A stretch of DNA of 64,000 nt from Gammaproteobacteria bacterium (GTDB lineage: Bacteria > Pseudomonadota > Gammaproteobacteria > Ga0077554 > Ga007554), in the NCBI GenBank assembly GCA_023266055.1, contig JAHFRW010000003.1, positions 202 to 64,201 on the forward strand. Reading direction: 5' to 3'. Below are positions 19,377 through 30,003 of the stretch, one piece after another. The translations under genes and the position numbers were made by a program. Positions within the stretch are counted from its first letter, which is position 1. Every line of letters starts with the position of its first letter. Below the pieces are notes generated by a model. That model was not told the origin of the DNA, did not search any database, and saw only the letters and a list, made by a program, of their open reading frames with translations.

Positions 19377-22300
19377 GTGAATTCTCTCCTGAGCAGTTTC
19401 CGATTCTTCAAGAAAGGCTGTAAATCCGCCGCGTGGCCAGTATTTGCGGGCCTGATAATTTTTGCTGGCATTGTCTTTACTCTCGTGCGACTTTGGTTGC
19501 CTGAGGCAGATCATTATCGTGCTGATATTGAGCGTTGGACCAGCGACTATATAGGGTTTCCAGTAACACTTGGTGCTATTCATGTCCGGTGGGACAGATT
19601 GCATCCACAGCTTGTTATCAAGGATGCTTGTCTCAGCAAAAAAGCCGGATCAAATGATGTAATGTGTGTCAAAGAGGTGCATCTTGCGCTTGATTTGTTG
19701 ACCCTCTTGAAGGGTGAGTCACCAGAGTTTGGTGATTTAACCCTGGTAGGCGTGAATATTTCTGTACTGCGTCGTGTTGATGGTAGTTTCGCAATTGTTG
19801 GTCTGGAGGATATGCCTGCCGATCCACATATGCAGGAATTGATGCAGCAATGGTTGATGAAACAGGATTATTTGATTATTAGAGATAGCCAGTTGCGCTG
19901 GCATGATGAGCGTAATGGACAGGTGCGGCAGTTCACACATGCGAATCTCGGATTGCACAACAAGGGCGATGCTCATTATCTGTCGGGAACGGTTTCCGTG
20001 GCGCCTGATCCTGCCACGAAAATAAAAATAATGCTTGATCTTCAGGGTGATATTTTTGGTTCGAGCGGCTGGTCAGGTAATGGGTATGTGGAGGGTGTTG
20101 CGGTTGATGTAGCCCAATGGTTGGCGGGGCGAGCGCTGGCAGGTGTCGAGGTTGATGCAGGACATGCTGATTTAAAAATCTGGGGTATCTGGGAGAATGC
20201 TCGTTTACAGCGAGTACGAGGTGAAGCGAAGCTGAGTCAATTACAACTTAAGAGTGCTGTGCAGCCATTGCTGGCCATGCAGGTCTTCACGGGACATTTT
20301 GACTGGCGTCGTCAGGCGCGGGGGTGGCGCCTGGATGCAGATCGCGTAACAGTAACGTATGCGGGTCATGCAAATGAAAAAGCGTCCGATAAAAAAATGG
20401 GGTTCCAGGTGGCTTTGTCTGAAGATGATGGCTCGTCTGTAATGGAGTTAGGCGCTCACCATATGCAATTGCAGGATGGTTTGGCGTTGGTGTTACTCAG
20501 TAATGTTATTGATGATACAACGCGGGAGGCGCTCACGGTAATGCGCCCAAGTGCGCAGCTTGATAAGACCTATATTCGTTATAACCACGACAAGGTGACT
20601 GGCAAGAATGCGTTTATTGCGCGTACTCGCTTTGATGATCTTGACGCGTCACGCTGGAAAAATCTACCAGGTATTACCGGGTTGGATGGTGTATTGCAGA
20701 TTAATGATCAGTCTGGTTCATTGATTCTGGATACGGCCGTGACACAGCTTGCCTTTGGTGATTTGTTTAGATCACCATTATCCATGAATACGTTAACCGG
20801 TGTTGTGGTATGGCAGCGTCAGGAAGGAATGTGGCGTATTCAGGCACATGAATTAAAAGTCGAAAATGCGGATATTGGTGGCTCGGTTAATGCGGTTATT
20901 GATCTTCCTGATGATGGAGGCTCTCCATTTGTTGACCTGGTCGCAGATTTTTCCAACGGTAATGTTGAACATGCAGCACGCTATTTTCCGGTGAGTATTA
21001 TGCCACAGGATACGATCACCTGGCTGGATCGCTCCCTGATAAGTGGTCAAGTTACGACAGGTCAGGCATTGTTTCATGGGCGTGTAGCAGATTTTCCGTT
21101 TGATGGCGGAACGGGGCGATTTGAAGTGCGGTTTAATGTTAGCGAAGGTGTTCTGGATTATGCTCCCGGTTGGCCGCGTCTGGAGAAAATAGCAACCGAA
21201 GTGGTATTTAGTGAGCGTCGTATGGATATCCATGCGGTGACAGCCCAAAGCCTTGCCTCGGACATCCGACAGGTTCATGCCTCTATTGAAGATCTGGATG
21301 GTAATCCAGCGCTGTTACGTATTAAGGGTAAGGCAGAAGGTCCGACAGCCGATGCCTTGCGCTATGTGAGGGAAAGCCCTCTGGATAAGGACATTGGCAA
21401 ATATTTTGGTAGTGCCCGTACGCAGGGTCGTAGTGCATTGAATCTGGCGCTTGACATACCGCTGACTGAAACTGCGACGAATCGTATCAAGGGCGCCCTG
21501 GATTTTAATAATAGCAGTCTGATTTTTACCGATACCGGTATGGATACGGGATCGGGGGGTGGCGTGGAATTATCCGCGATCAACGGTACTTTGAATTTTA
21601 CGGAAACATCGCTTGCAGCGCGTGATATTCGTGCTACGGTATTAGGGCAGAGCACGGGAGTTGACGTGATCACGGAAGCTGGAAAGGGTGGCGCGTTACG
21701 TTTTGAGGCACGTGGCCGAGTTGATACCCAGGTCTTGGCTCAATACGTGAAATCGCCTTTACTGGCTTATTTTTCGGGAGAATCGGGCTGGTTGGCCACT
21801 TTGCGGGTGGTTGATACGGACAAGGAAACGGTAAATGCTACATTGCGTATTGAATCACCACTAAAGGGTATGGTGGTGGCGCTGCCAGCACCCCTGGGTA
21901 AAACTGCCATGCAGCAACGTGGAATCGTTGTAGAAACGGTATTTCCGCGCACTGCCAGTACGCCTTTTAATGTAAAATACGGTGATTCCGTCAAAAGTGT
22001 GTTCAGTGTGGGCCATGACAATGTTCCCGATCGTGGTGAATTGCGTCTTGGTAATAGTGCAGGAGACAGTAATTTGACGCTTCCTGCGGCGCCTGGGTGG
22101 CGTGTTGCGGGGGAGTTACCCGAGTTTTCGGTGACGGAATGGTTGAATTTCATGGGTGCCGAGCCCCGAAATACTGCGTCACCCACGGCACCGCGCGTGA
22201 ACGATGTTGATGTGCGTATTGCTGCATTTGAGGCTTTTGGACATGCCTTGAAAAATGTTCAAATACAAGCCATAAATAATGTTCAGGAATGGGATGCAAC

Positions 22301-23261
22301 CATTACCAGTCCCAAAGTGAGTGGCAGATTGCGGCTGCCACATGCTGCATCTGCCCCGGTAACGGCTGATTTTGATTATATTGAGCTGGCCAGGGGGGGC
22401 GATAAAAATCGTGATGCGGGCGATTACACCCCTGATCCGTACCAGATTCCGCCGTTGCGTATTACAAGTAAGCGGTTTTCATATTATGGAATGAATCTGG
22501 GTAGTTTGAGTCTCATTACCTCACCGCAACCTGCCGGTTTGCATGTGGATAGCCTGCAAATAGTATCAGGTGCGACACAAATTACCGGATTGGGCGATTG
22601 GACTGTGGGTAAGCAGGGACAGAATTCATCATTCAATCTGACGATTAACAGTAACAATCTTGGCAAAACCTTTCGTGAGTTTGGTTTTGCTGATACCTTT
22701 GCCGAAGGATATGGGCGTGTCGATCTGATGGCTCATTGGCCATCGGCCCCTGCGGCGTTTACACTAGGGCAATTGCAGGGTAATTTACGCATGAATCTCA
22801 AAAAAGGCAGATTACTGGATGTTGATCCCGGCGCTGGGCGATTATTTGGTTTAATGGCCCTGAACTTCAAGGGATTGTTTAGCAAGGGTTTCAGTTTTGA
22901 TGATATTTCCGGAGATTTTGCCATTACGGATGGTAATGCCTATACCTCTAATTTGACCATGGTTGGCCCCTCGGCACAGGTTGCCGTACAGGGTCGAGTA
23001 GGTTTGGCCGCTAGAGATTATGATCAAAGTATTACGGTGACACCACGCTCGTCATCCGCCTTGCCTTTGGCGGGTGTATTGACGGGGGGGCCAGGATTGG
23101 GAGCGGCGATATTCCTGTTTCAGAAATTATTTCAGTCAGAGCTTGACCGGATTACACGTTATCAATATACCGTCAAAGGTGCATGGGATAACCCCGAATT
23201 TGATTTGTCATCCAAAGATAAGGAAACACCGCCGGCGGATGCCGTGACGGGACCACGATAG
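19377..23261 (+). CDS. yhdP: YhdP-family AsmA-like protein (inner membrane to outer membrane phospholipid transport bridge)
   Basis: 1294 aa; N-terminal TM anchor; size and position immediately after rng match yhdP. Confidence 0.8.
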   Translation: MNSLLSSFRFFKKGCKSAAWPVFAGLIIFAGIVFTLVRLWLPEADHYRADIERWTSDYIGFPVTLGAIHVRWDRLHPQLVIKDACLSKKAGSNDVMCVKEVHLALDLLTLLKGESPEFGDLTLVGVNISVLRRVDGSFAIVGLEDMPADPHMQELMQQWLMKQDYLIIRDSQLRWHDERNGQVRQFTHANLGLHNKGDAHYLSGTVSVAPDPATKIKIMLDLQGDIFGSSGWSGNGYVEGVAVDVAQWLAGRALAGVEVDAGHADLKIWGIWENARLQRVRGEAKLSQLQLKSAVQPLLAMQVFTGHFDWRRQARGWRLDADRVTVTYAGHANEKASDKKMGFQVALSEDDGSSVMELGAHHMQLQDGLALVLLSNVIDDTTREALTVMRPSAQLDKTYIRYNHDKVTGKNAFIARTRFDDLDASRWKNLPGITGLDGVLQINDQSGSLILDTAVTQLAFGDLFRSPLSMNTLTGVVVWQRQEGMWRIQAHELKVENADIGGSVNAVIDLPDDGGSPFVDLVADFSNGNVEHAARYFPVSIMPQDTITWLDRSLISGQVTTGQALFHGRVADFPFDGGTGRFEVRFNVSEGVLDYAPGWPRLEKIATEVVFSERRMDIHAVTAQSLASDIRQVHASIEDLDGNPALLRIKGKAEGPTADALRYVRESPLDKDIGKYFGSARTQGRSALNLALDIPLTETATNRIKGALDFNNSSLIFTDTGMDTGSGGGVELSAINGTLNFTETSLAARDIRATVLGQSTGVDVITEAGKGGALRFEARGRVDTQVLAQYVKSPLLAYFSGESGWLATLRVVDTDKETVNATLRIESPLKGMVVALPAPLGKTAMQQRGIVVETVFPRTASTPFNVKYGDSVKSVFSVGHDNVPDRGELRLGNSAGDSNLTLPAAPGWRVAGELPEFSVTEWLNFMGAEPRNTASPTAPRVNDVDVRIAAFEAFGHALKNVQIQAINNVQEWDATITSPKVSGRLRLPHAASAPVTADFDYIELARGGDKNRDAGDYTPDPYQIPPLRITSKRFSYYGMNLGSLSLITSPQPAGLHVDSLQIVSGATQITGLGDWTVGKQGQNSSFNLTINSNNLGKTFREFGFADTFAEGYGRVDLMAHWPSAPAAFTLGQLQGNLRMNLKKGRLLDVDPGAGRLFGLMALNFKGLFSKGFSFDDISGDFAITDGNAYTSNLTMVGPSAQVAVQGRVGLAARDYDQSITVTPRSSSALPLAGVLTGGPGLGAAIFLFQKLFQSELDRITRYQYTVKGAWDNPEFDLSSKDKETPPADAVTGPR

Positions 23262-23298
23262 TCGCTAACATTAAAATAAAAGGAAGGATGCCAGCCTG

Positions 23299-23592
23299 AT
23301 GCATTTTTTTAATTTACATTCCTGTTTCGCACGGATCCATCTGTTGTTGGCAGGTGTGTTTTTTATCCCTGTGGTTTGTCTGGCAACAGACGGATTGCCG
23401 GGTCAAGAGAATGCTGCTATGGCATCAAGTATAAGTGTCGGGCAATGGAGTGCGCCACGTAGTGGTGAAGCAGTACTCGCGTTTTCTGAGTTACGGGGGG
23501 TAATGGAAGAAATTATTCAACAGTCCGACAAAAGTATCATGCTGCATTATCCTCAGGGCGAGCGTGGCAAGGCATGGGGGGAAGTTGCGTGA
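23299..23592 (+). CDS. hypothetical secreted/lipoprotein-like small protein
   Basis: 97 aa with N-terminal hydrophobic signal (LLLAGVFFIPVVCLA); overlaps next ORF in another frame, so possibly one gene with a frameshift. Confidence 0.3.
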   Translation: MHFFNLHSCFARIHLLLAGVFFIPVVCLATDGLPGQENAAMASSISVGQWSAPRSGEAVLAFSELRGVMEEIIQQSDKSIMLHYPQGERGKAWGEVA

Positions 23593-23788
23593 TTGGTTAG
23601 TGACTCTGGGGTTGCCATCGAGTCGTATTCAACTGATGCCGGGTAATGCCGGTGATATGGTTAAGGTGATGCAAGTGGCCACCACACAACGTCAGAGTGA
23701 CTGGCAAAATGCCATGCCGCAACCCGTGGTAGAGTCATTTCAAATTCAGGAAGCTACGGATATTACCGATGGAGTGGAGATACCATGA
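23564..23788 (+). CDS. hypothetical small protein (possible continuation of the preceding ORF after a frameshift)
   Basis: 74 aa ORF; stop overlaps the start of the C-N hydrolase gene (ATGA). Confidence 0.25.
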   Translation: MARHGGKLRDWLVTLGLPSSRIQLMPGNAGDMVKVMQVATTQRQSDWQNAMPQPVVESFQIQEATDITDGVEIP

Positions 23789-24603
23789 GCCAGGTTGCCG
23801 CTATTCAAATGGCTTCAGGGCCCAATATCAGTGCCAACTTACTGGAAGCTTCACGGCTGATCAGCCGTGCCGCGGCTGCGGGTGCAGGGTTGGTCGTGTT
23901 GCCTGAAAATTTTGCCCTGATGGGTATGAGCGAATTTGACAAAGTGAGAATTCGTGAACCGGATGGCAGTGGGCCAATACAGGAGTTTTTGGCGTATCAG
24001 GCCACAAGAAACGGCGTGTGGCTGGTAGGTGGTACGATTCCGCTGATAGCTACCCATAGTCAGAAAGTACGCGCCGCCTGCTTGGTATTTGATCCCACAG
24101 GCACACGTGTTGCGCGTTATGACAAGATCCATATGTTTGATGTGCGCGTGACAGAAAGTGGCGAGAATTATACCGAATCTGACACCATAGAAGCGGGGGA
24201 TACACCGCTTGTGCTTGATACTCCGTTCGGAAAATTGGGATTGGCTGTATGCTACGACCTGCGTTTTCCAGAGCTTTTTCGGCAGTTACTCGAGAAGGGC
24301 GCGGAAGTGCTTGTCATACCGTCGGCCTTTACCGCCATTACGGGTAAGGCACATTGGGAAATTCTGGTACGTGCCCGAGCGATAGAAAATCTGTGTTATG
24401 TTGTCGCAGCAGCGCAAGGTGGCTATCATCTTGGGGGGCGTGAGACCCACGGTGATAGCATGATTGTTGGCCCATGGGGTGTGATATTGGACCGGTTGCC
24501 GCGTGGCTCAGGTTTTATAAGTACGGAAATCGATCATAATAGCCTGGAAAGCATGCGCCGCAATTTTCCGGCAACACAGCATCGTCGTTTGGGGTGCACT
24601 TGA
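23785..24603 (+). CDS. carbon-nitrogen hydrolase family protein (Nit/omega-amidase-like)
   Basis: 272 aa; nitrilase-superfamily pattern (E...K...C triad context VCYDLRFPE); conserved position between yhdP and tldD as in Pseudomonas. Confidence 0.85.
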   Translation: MSQVAAIQMASGPNISANLLEASRLISRAAAAGAGLVVLPENFALMGMSEFDKVRIREPDGSGPIQEFLAYQATRNGVWLVGGTIPLIATHSQKVRAACLVFDPTGTRVARYDKIHMFDVRVTESGENYTESDTIEAGDTPLVLDTPFGKLGLAVCYDLRFPELFRQLLEKGAEVLVIPSAFTAITGKAHWEILVRARAIENLCYVVAAAQGGYHLGGRETHGDSMIVGPWGVILDRLPRGSGFISTEIDHNSLESMRRNFPATQHRRLGCT

Positions 24604-24794
24604 ATTATCGCATTGGAATCCCGAAGTATGAATAATGCAGAATGGGTTGCCGCAAGGCCTGATAACATGCAAAGAGGTCAAAAAAATTGATGGGCAGGAG
24701 TATACGGCTATCAAAAATCTCTAGCGCCAGCCGGATGCCGAAAAATTGACAAAAAATCATTCCACGCACAGAACATGCGATTGACTCAGGAGAT

Positions 24795-26249
24795 ATGCAT
24801 CACACCATGAATACATCACTTGATATTGCCCGTCAGTTGATTCTGACTCCTTCTGGATTAGCAGAAAAAGACCTGCATAATGTGCTTGAGCAAGTGCTGA
24901 GCCATGCTGTCGATAGTGCCGATCTTTACTTTCAGAATACCCATTTTGAATCCTGGTCGCTGGAGGATGGTATCGTCAAGGAAGGTAGCTACAGCATAGA
25001 CCGTGGTGTGGGTGTGCGTGCCATCAGTGGTGAAAAAACCGGATTTGCCTATTCTGATGACATCGCCTTGCCTGCGTTGACTCAGGCTGCACACGCGGCT
25101 CGGGCCATTGCGCGCAGTAGCGGTCAAGGTCGGGTCAATGTCAGGCCAGGCATACAAGGGCGCGAATTATATCTTTCTGTTAATCCGTTACAAACACTGG
25201 CAGAGCAGGATAAGGTAAGTTTGCTGGAATCATTGGATGCCGAAGCACGCAAGCAAGATCCACGCGTCAAACAGGTGATGGTAAGTCTTGCGGGTAGCTA
25301 CGATGTGGTGATGGTTGTGGGCAGTGATGGCACATTGGCGGCCGATATGCGTCCACTGGTGCGATTGAATGTCAGCGTTATTGTCGAGCACAATGGCCGC
25401 CGTGAGCAAGGTTCCTCCGGTGGTGGCGGACGGGTAGGGTACGATTATTTTCTGCAAAATGATCGTGGTCTGGGCTATGCACATGAAGCGGTGCGTCAGG
25501 CACTGGTTAATCTGGATGCGCGTAATGCCCCTGCGGGAACCATGCAAGTAGTATTAGGGCCGGGCTGGCCCGGCATTTTGCTGCATGAAGCAATTGGTCA
25601 CGGCCTGGAAGGGGACTTTAACCGCAAGGGTACCTCTGCTTTTGCAGGACGTGTCGGTGAAAAAGTGGCGTCGGAACACTGCACTGTTGTGGATGACGGA
25701 ACACTTGACAGCCGTCGAGGTTCCTTGAATATTGATGACGAAGGCACGCCCACGCAATGCACGGTGCTGATTGAGAATGGCATACTCAAAGGCTACATGC
25801 AGGACAAGATGAATGCTCAATTAATGGGTGTTGCGCCCACTGGTAATGGGCGTCGTGAATCCTATGCGCATCTGCCCATGCCACGCATGACCAACACCTA
25901 CATGCTGGCGGGGAAACATGACCCACAGGAAATCATCGCCTCGGTTAAAAACGGGTTGTATGCCGTAAATTTTGGTGGGGGGCAGGTTGATATCACGTCC
26001 GGTAAATTCGTGTTTTCGGCAAGCGAAGCCTATATGATTGAGAACGGTAAAATTACTTACCCTGTCAAAGGTGCAACACTGATTGGCAATGGCCCTGATG
26101 TATTGACCCGTGTTGCCATGGTAGGTAATGACCTGAAACTGGATACAGGTGTAGGTACATGTGGGAAGGATGGACAGAGTGTACCTGTAGGTGTTGGCCA
26201 GCCAACCTTACGCATAGATGGATTGACGGTGGGGGGAACCAGTGCCTAA
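24795..26249 (+). CDS. tldD: metalloprotease TldD
   Basis: 484 aa; conserved TldD sequence ([19 protein letters not shown]...[11 protein letters not shown]). Confidence 0.92.
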   Translation: MHHTMNTSLDIARQLILTPSGLAEKDLHNVLEQVLSHAVDSADLYFQNTHFESWSLEDGIVKEGSYSIDRGVGVRAISGEKTGFAYSDDIALPALTQAAHAARAIARSSGQGRVNVRPGIQGRELYLSVNPLQTLAEQDKVSLLESLDAEARKQDPRVKQVMVSLAGSYDVVMVVGSDGTLAADMRPLVRLNVSVIVEHNGRREQGSSGGGGRVGYDYFLQNDRGLGYAHEAVRQALVNLDARNAPAGTMQVVLGPGWPGILLHEAIGHGLEGDFNRKGTSAFAGRVGEKVASEHCTVVDDGTLDSRRGSLNIDDEGTPTQCTVLIENGILKGYMQDKMNAQLMGVAPTGNGRRESYAHLPMPRMTNTYMLAGKHDPQEIIASVKNGLYAVNFGGGQVDITSGKFVFSASEAYMIENGKITYPVKGATLIGNGPDVLTRVAMVGNDLKLDTGVGTCGKDGQSVPVGVGQPTLRIDGLTVGGTSA

Positions 26250-26319
26250 GCGTTCATATTGGATTTCGATAACGATTTTGATCTGAAACGATTTTGATCT
26301 GATATGGCGCCCAGGGTTT

Positions 26320-26847
26320 CTATTCACCGATGACCTCTCTTAAATAGCGAAATAGGGTACGTGCGCTACTGGGTGGTTTACCGGCTTTGGACTCACGTTC
26401 GGCATTGCGAATTAATTGGCGCAAGTGCTGGCTGTCAGCCGCAGGGTACTCGCCGAGAAATTCGCTCACCGCCGTATCGCCTTCGCTGAGCAGTTGGTCG
26501 CGCCAGCGTTCCAGGCGATGGAAATGCACAGCGGCATGTTGACCATGATTGTGCAGTGCGTCGAGTGCTGCCTGAATCGGGGTGGCGTCGATTTTGCGCA
26601 TGACCTTGCCAATGTATTGTAACTGGCGCTTGTGCGCGCCACGTTCGGTAATGGTGCGTGCAGCCATGACTGCATTGAGCAGGTTTTCCGGCATGGGGAC
26701 CGTGTTCAATTGGCTGGCAGGGAGCTTCACCAAAGCCTCGCCCAACTCTTGCAAGGCGGTCATATCGCGCTTGAGTTGGGATTTGCTTTTCTGTTCGGGG
26801 TCTGTATCTTCAAAGGTGTCTTCAGTGGACATGGGCCGGATTATCAA
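26320..26847 (-). CDS. yjgA: ribosome-associated protein YjgA/DarP (DUF615)
   Basis: 175 aa; divergent from pmbA exactly as yjgA-pmbA in enterobacteria; charged helical protein. Confidence 0.8.
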   Translation of the reverse strand: MIIRPMSTEDTFEDTDPEQKSKSQLKRDMTALQELGEALVKLPASQLNTVPMPENLLNAVMAARTITERGAHKRQLQYIGKVMRKIDATPIQAALDALHNHGQHAAVHFHRLERWRDQLLSEGDTAVSEFLGEYPAADSQHLRQLIRNAERESKAGKPPSSARTLFRYLREVIGE

Positions 26848-26876
26848 AAAGTTAATGAGATTAGAGAGTATTCACA

Positions 26877-28229
26877 ATGCCACAGATTACAGCGATAGAC
26901 AACTTAACGCCAAATAATACCCAGCTTCAAGATCTGGTGCATAGCATGCTCGCCGAAGCGCGGACCCAAGGTGCCAGTGCTGCTGAAGTCGGAGTCAGTA
27001 TAGAAACCGGCTTATCCGTTAATGTTCGTTTGGGCGAGGTTGAGACGCTCGAATATAACCGTGACAAGGGTTTAGGTGTTACCGTGTATTTTGGCCAGCG
27101 TAAAGGGTCAGCCAATACCTCTGATTTTACACCAGAAGCAATGCGTGAGACAGTGCGCGCCGCGTGTGGTATCGCAAAATATACCGCTGCGGATGAATAT
27201 TCGGGCCTTGCGGATGCTCAGTTGATGGCACGTGACATTCCTGACCTTGATTTGTGTCACCCCTGGGGTATCAACGCAGAACAGGCGATCGAGCTGGCGA
27301 GTGAGTGTGAAGGCGTTGCACGCAGCATGGATACCCGTATCACCAATTCCGAGGGCGCCAGCGTCTCCAGTCATGAAGGTTACCGTGTGTATGGTAATAG
27401 TCACGGTTTTATCGGTGCCTATCCCAGCACCCGGCACAGTTTAAGCTGTGCCGTCATCGGTGGTGAAGGTGAGTCCATGCAGCGCGATTACTGGTTTAGC
27501 GTTGCACGTAACAGTGCCGATCTTGATTCGGCGACAGAGGTGGGGCGCCGTGCTGCTGAGCGCACGCTACGCCGTCTGAATGGCCAACGTTTATCTACCC
27601 GTCAGTCGCCGGTGATTTTCTCTGCTGAGGTTGCGACTGGCTTGCTGTCGCATTTCATTAGCGCGATTCGTGGTGGTGCATTATACCGTAAGGCGACGTT
27701 CCTGCTTGATCATTTGGGCAAGCCGATATTTCCTGATTTTGTACATATTCATGAAGCACCGCATATCAGGAAAGGCTTGGGCAGCGCTCCGTTTGATAGT
27801 GAGGGTGTGGCGACGTGCGTGCGTGATATAGTGAGTGAGGGTGTGTTGCAAAGCTATGTTCTTGATGCCTACGCAGCTCGCAAACTCGGCATGCAGACTA
27901 CGGGTAATGCGGGTGGTGTGCATAACCTGATTATTGATTCAGGCAAGCTTGACTTGAAGGCATTGCTGAAACATATGGACAAGGGTTTGCTGGTCACCGA
28001 GTTGATGGGGATGGGTATTAATATCGTTACGGGTGATTACTCGCGTGGTGCCGCCGGTTTCTGGGTGGAACATGGTGAAATTCAATATCCAGTAGAGGAG
28101 ATTACCATTGCGGGTAACTTGCGTGATATCTTCATGAGCATCATCGATGTCGGTACTGATATCGAACGTCGTGGCAGTATACATACAGGATCAATTTTAG
28201 TACGGGAAATGACTATTGCTGGTGAGTAA
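26877..28229 (+). CDS. pmbA: metalloprotease PmbA (TldE)
   Basis: 450 aa; TldD/PmbA family, partner of tldD. Confidence 0.9.
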   Translation: MPQITAIDNLTPNNTQLQDLVHSMLAEARTQGASAAEVGVSIETGLSVNVRLGEVETLEYNRDKGLGVTVYFGQRKGSANTSDFTPEAMRETVRAACGIAKYTAADEYSGLADAQLMARDIPDLDLCHPWGINAEQAIELASECEGVARSMDTRITNSEGASVSSHEGYRVYGNSHGFIGAYPSTRHSLSCAVIGGEGESMQRDYWFSVARNSADLDSATEVGRRAAERTLRRLNGQRLSTRQSPVIFSAEVATGLLSHFISAIRGGALYRKATFLLDHLGKPIFPDFVHIHEAPHIRKGLGSAPFDSEGVATCVRDIVSEGVLQSYVLDAYAARKLGMQTTGNAGGVHNLIIDSGKLDLKALLKHMDKGLLVTELMGMGINIVTGDYSRGAAGFWVEHGEIQYPVEEITIAGNLRDIFMSIIDVGTDIERRGSIHTGSILVREMTIAGE

Positions 28230-28276
28230 TTCTGTGTGCGCCAGTGAATGTCGTCATGGCATAAGGAAGCCTTTTA

Positions 28277-28921
28277 ATGGGAAACCTTTTCGGGATGGAA
28301 CAAGGTCTGATCTGGCTTTCGTTTATACTGCTGACGGGTTATCATGCCCACCTGATATACCGGGTGAAACATAAGCCCCTGACCACTACCATTGGGTTAA
28401 ACATCCAGGTGCGTCGCGCCTGGGTCGAAACCATTATGGAAGACCGGCTCGATATTCTGGCGGTACAGACTTTACGTAACTGGAGCATGGCGGCCAGTTT
28501 TCTTGCAACTACCGCGATCCTGATCTGTCTCGGTACACTTAATGCCGCGTTTGTTTCAAGTAGTAGTGGTGGCTTACGGGTTATTTCTGAGCTCAGTCAT
28601 GAAGGTAATGGATTACTGCAATTAAAACTACTATTATTGATTATTGTATTTTTCTTCGCCTTTTTTAACTTTTCGCTCGCTATCCGTTCCTACAATCGCA
28701 CTGGCTTCATGATTAATATCCCGCTGGCGCGCGCCCCCTTGATGACGCCGGATTTTGTTGCGCGTGTATTAGGACGTGGCATGAATCATTATTCACTCGG
28801 CATGCGTGGCTATTATCTTTCTGTGCCCTTGGTGTTATGGCTATTTGGCCCGTATTGGCTGGCGGCAGGCACAGTAGTGTTATTATTTGTGATGTATAAT
28901 ATAGATTATAGTCTGGATTGA
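28277..28921 (+). CDS. uncharacterised polytopic membrane protein (possibly DUF599-like)
   Basis: 214 aa, 4-5 predicted TM segments; first gene of the low-GC accessory stretch after pmbA. Confidence 0.5.
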   Translation: MGNLFGMEQGLIWLSFILLTGYHAHLIYRVKHKPLTTTIGLNIQVRRAWVETIMEDRLDILAVQTLRNWSMAASFLATTAILICLGTLNAAFVSSSSGGLRVISELSHEGNGLLQLKLLLLIIVFFFAFFNFSLAIRSYNRTGFMINIPLARAPLMTPDFVARVLGRGMNHYSLGMRGYYLSVPLVLWLFGPYWLAAGTVVLLFVMYNIDYSLD

Positions 28922-28991
28922 TTGTCTACGAAAAATGGCCTGGCTTGATAGCGTGCCCTGATAAGCCAACAGTGGTTTCACGTCATTGTAT

Positions 28992-29573
28992 TCAGGTTGA
29001 GAGTAACCGCCTTCGATACGCAATCATCAATATCAGCAGCAGGCATGCCAAGGCTATGACGGCAGGAAACAAAACCGTTGTCAGCGAATAGTGTTCCAAT
29101 GCCATAATCACGAGGCTATTGCGTGCCATAAACAGCATAAAAAACGATAATTGTTCATCAAAAGGAAAGTGGTATGCCTTTCTGAACGTTGGCGCAAACC
29201 CAAAAATATCCACTATGGTCAATATGATCACTGCCCATAATGGGTCAGAGGTGAAATACCAGAATGGCAAGGAGGACATTGCTGCCAGGAAGAAAACCCA
29301 GTCGGTCTTGGTGATGGTAATATCCGATCTTTTTATAAACGCAAGTACCGCAACATATATGGTAATAATGCCTGACACGCCTATTGGCCAGGCACCTGCG
29401 CCACCATCATCTTCGAGTTGCGCCAGAAAAACAATGAATGTAGTCGAACCCCAAATAACCCATGAAAAAACATGCGGCCTGATTTTTTCCTGCATGATTG
29501 AGCGTATATAGGGGAAAAAAGCAATAAATGTGAGTGCAATGGCAATTACACTGAGTAGCTCTTTATAGGCCAT
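28992..29573 (-). CDS. uncharacterised 6-TM membrane protein with internal 3-TM repeat (PQ-loop/SemiSWEET-like)
   Basis: 193 aa; two similar halves each with a F/LP(Y/F)(I/W) motif at the end of the first helix (FFPYIRS..., SLPFWYF...); AT-rich codon usage unlike flanking core genes. Confidence 0.55.
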   Translation of the reverse strand: MAYKELLSVIAIALTFIAFFPYIRSIMQEKIRPHVFSWVIWGSTTFIVFLAQLEDDGGAGAWPIGVSGIITIYVAVLAFIKRSDITITKTDWVFFLAAMSSLPFWYFTSDPLWAVIILTIVDIFGFAPTFRKAYHFPFDEQLSFFMLFMARNSLVIMALEHYSLTTVLFPAVIALACLLLILMIAYRRRLLST

Positions 29574-30003
29574 GGTTTGAGATTTTTACCTTTGGGTGAT
29601 TCCTCCAGTATAATAAAAATTTACCGATTTTGGGAGGCATGTCTTCTGGTGTGTCTGTATATAGTGCGATTTTCCAGGCTATTCAAAACGCCAGCATATC
29701 ATGGCTGCTGTTCTATCCTGAAGCCCGAGCTTTAATCTTCCAGGCGACGGTGTCCTGTAGGGTTATTACAGTCGAAGGAATCGTTATACCAAACAAAGGG
29801 TGTCGAGATTGAAGTTCTTTGACGCACATTTACATGTGACGCTGACTTGGAAAGAGTCAAGAGTTGCGAAGTCCTGGGTGGCGCTATTGTTTCAGCGGCG
29901 CCTTTGAGAGTTTAGGGGCAGGCCGTACGTTTGACATTTAGGCCAAATGCAACCGTGTCAAATGTAAGGCCTGGCCCCTGATGTTTGTGTTGCAAAAGGA
30001 CGG

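Noticed and set aside
28230-29000. Direct repeat of the tRNA-Thr 3' end marking the far att site of the islet
   Set aside because: Scanned by eye for GGAGGGAATCGAACC-like sequence in the 28.2-29.0 kb region. Only weak, non-convincing similarity (e.g. GCAGGGGGAAATC at 31100) was seen, so no boundary repeat is claimed.
29574-30003. Possible small ORF or sRNA in the 430-bp spacer between the two islet genes (60-aa ORF 29630-29812 on the plus strand)
   Set aside because: Short, opposite strand to both neighbours, no RBS-like context. More likely the promoter/leader region of the 6-TM gene.
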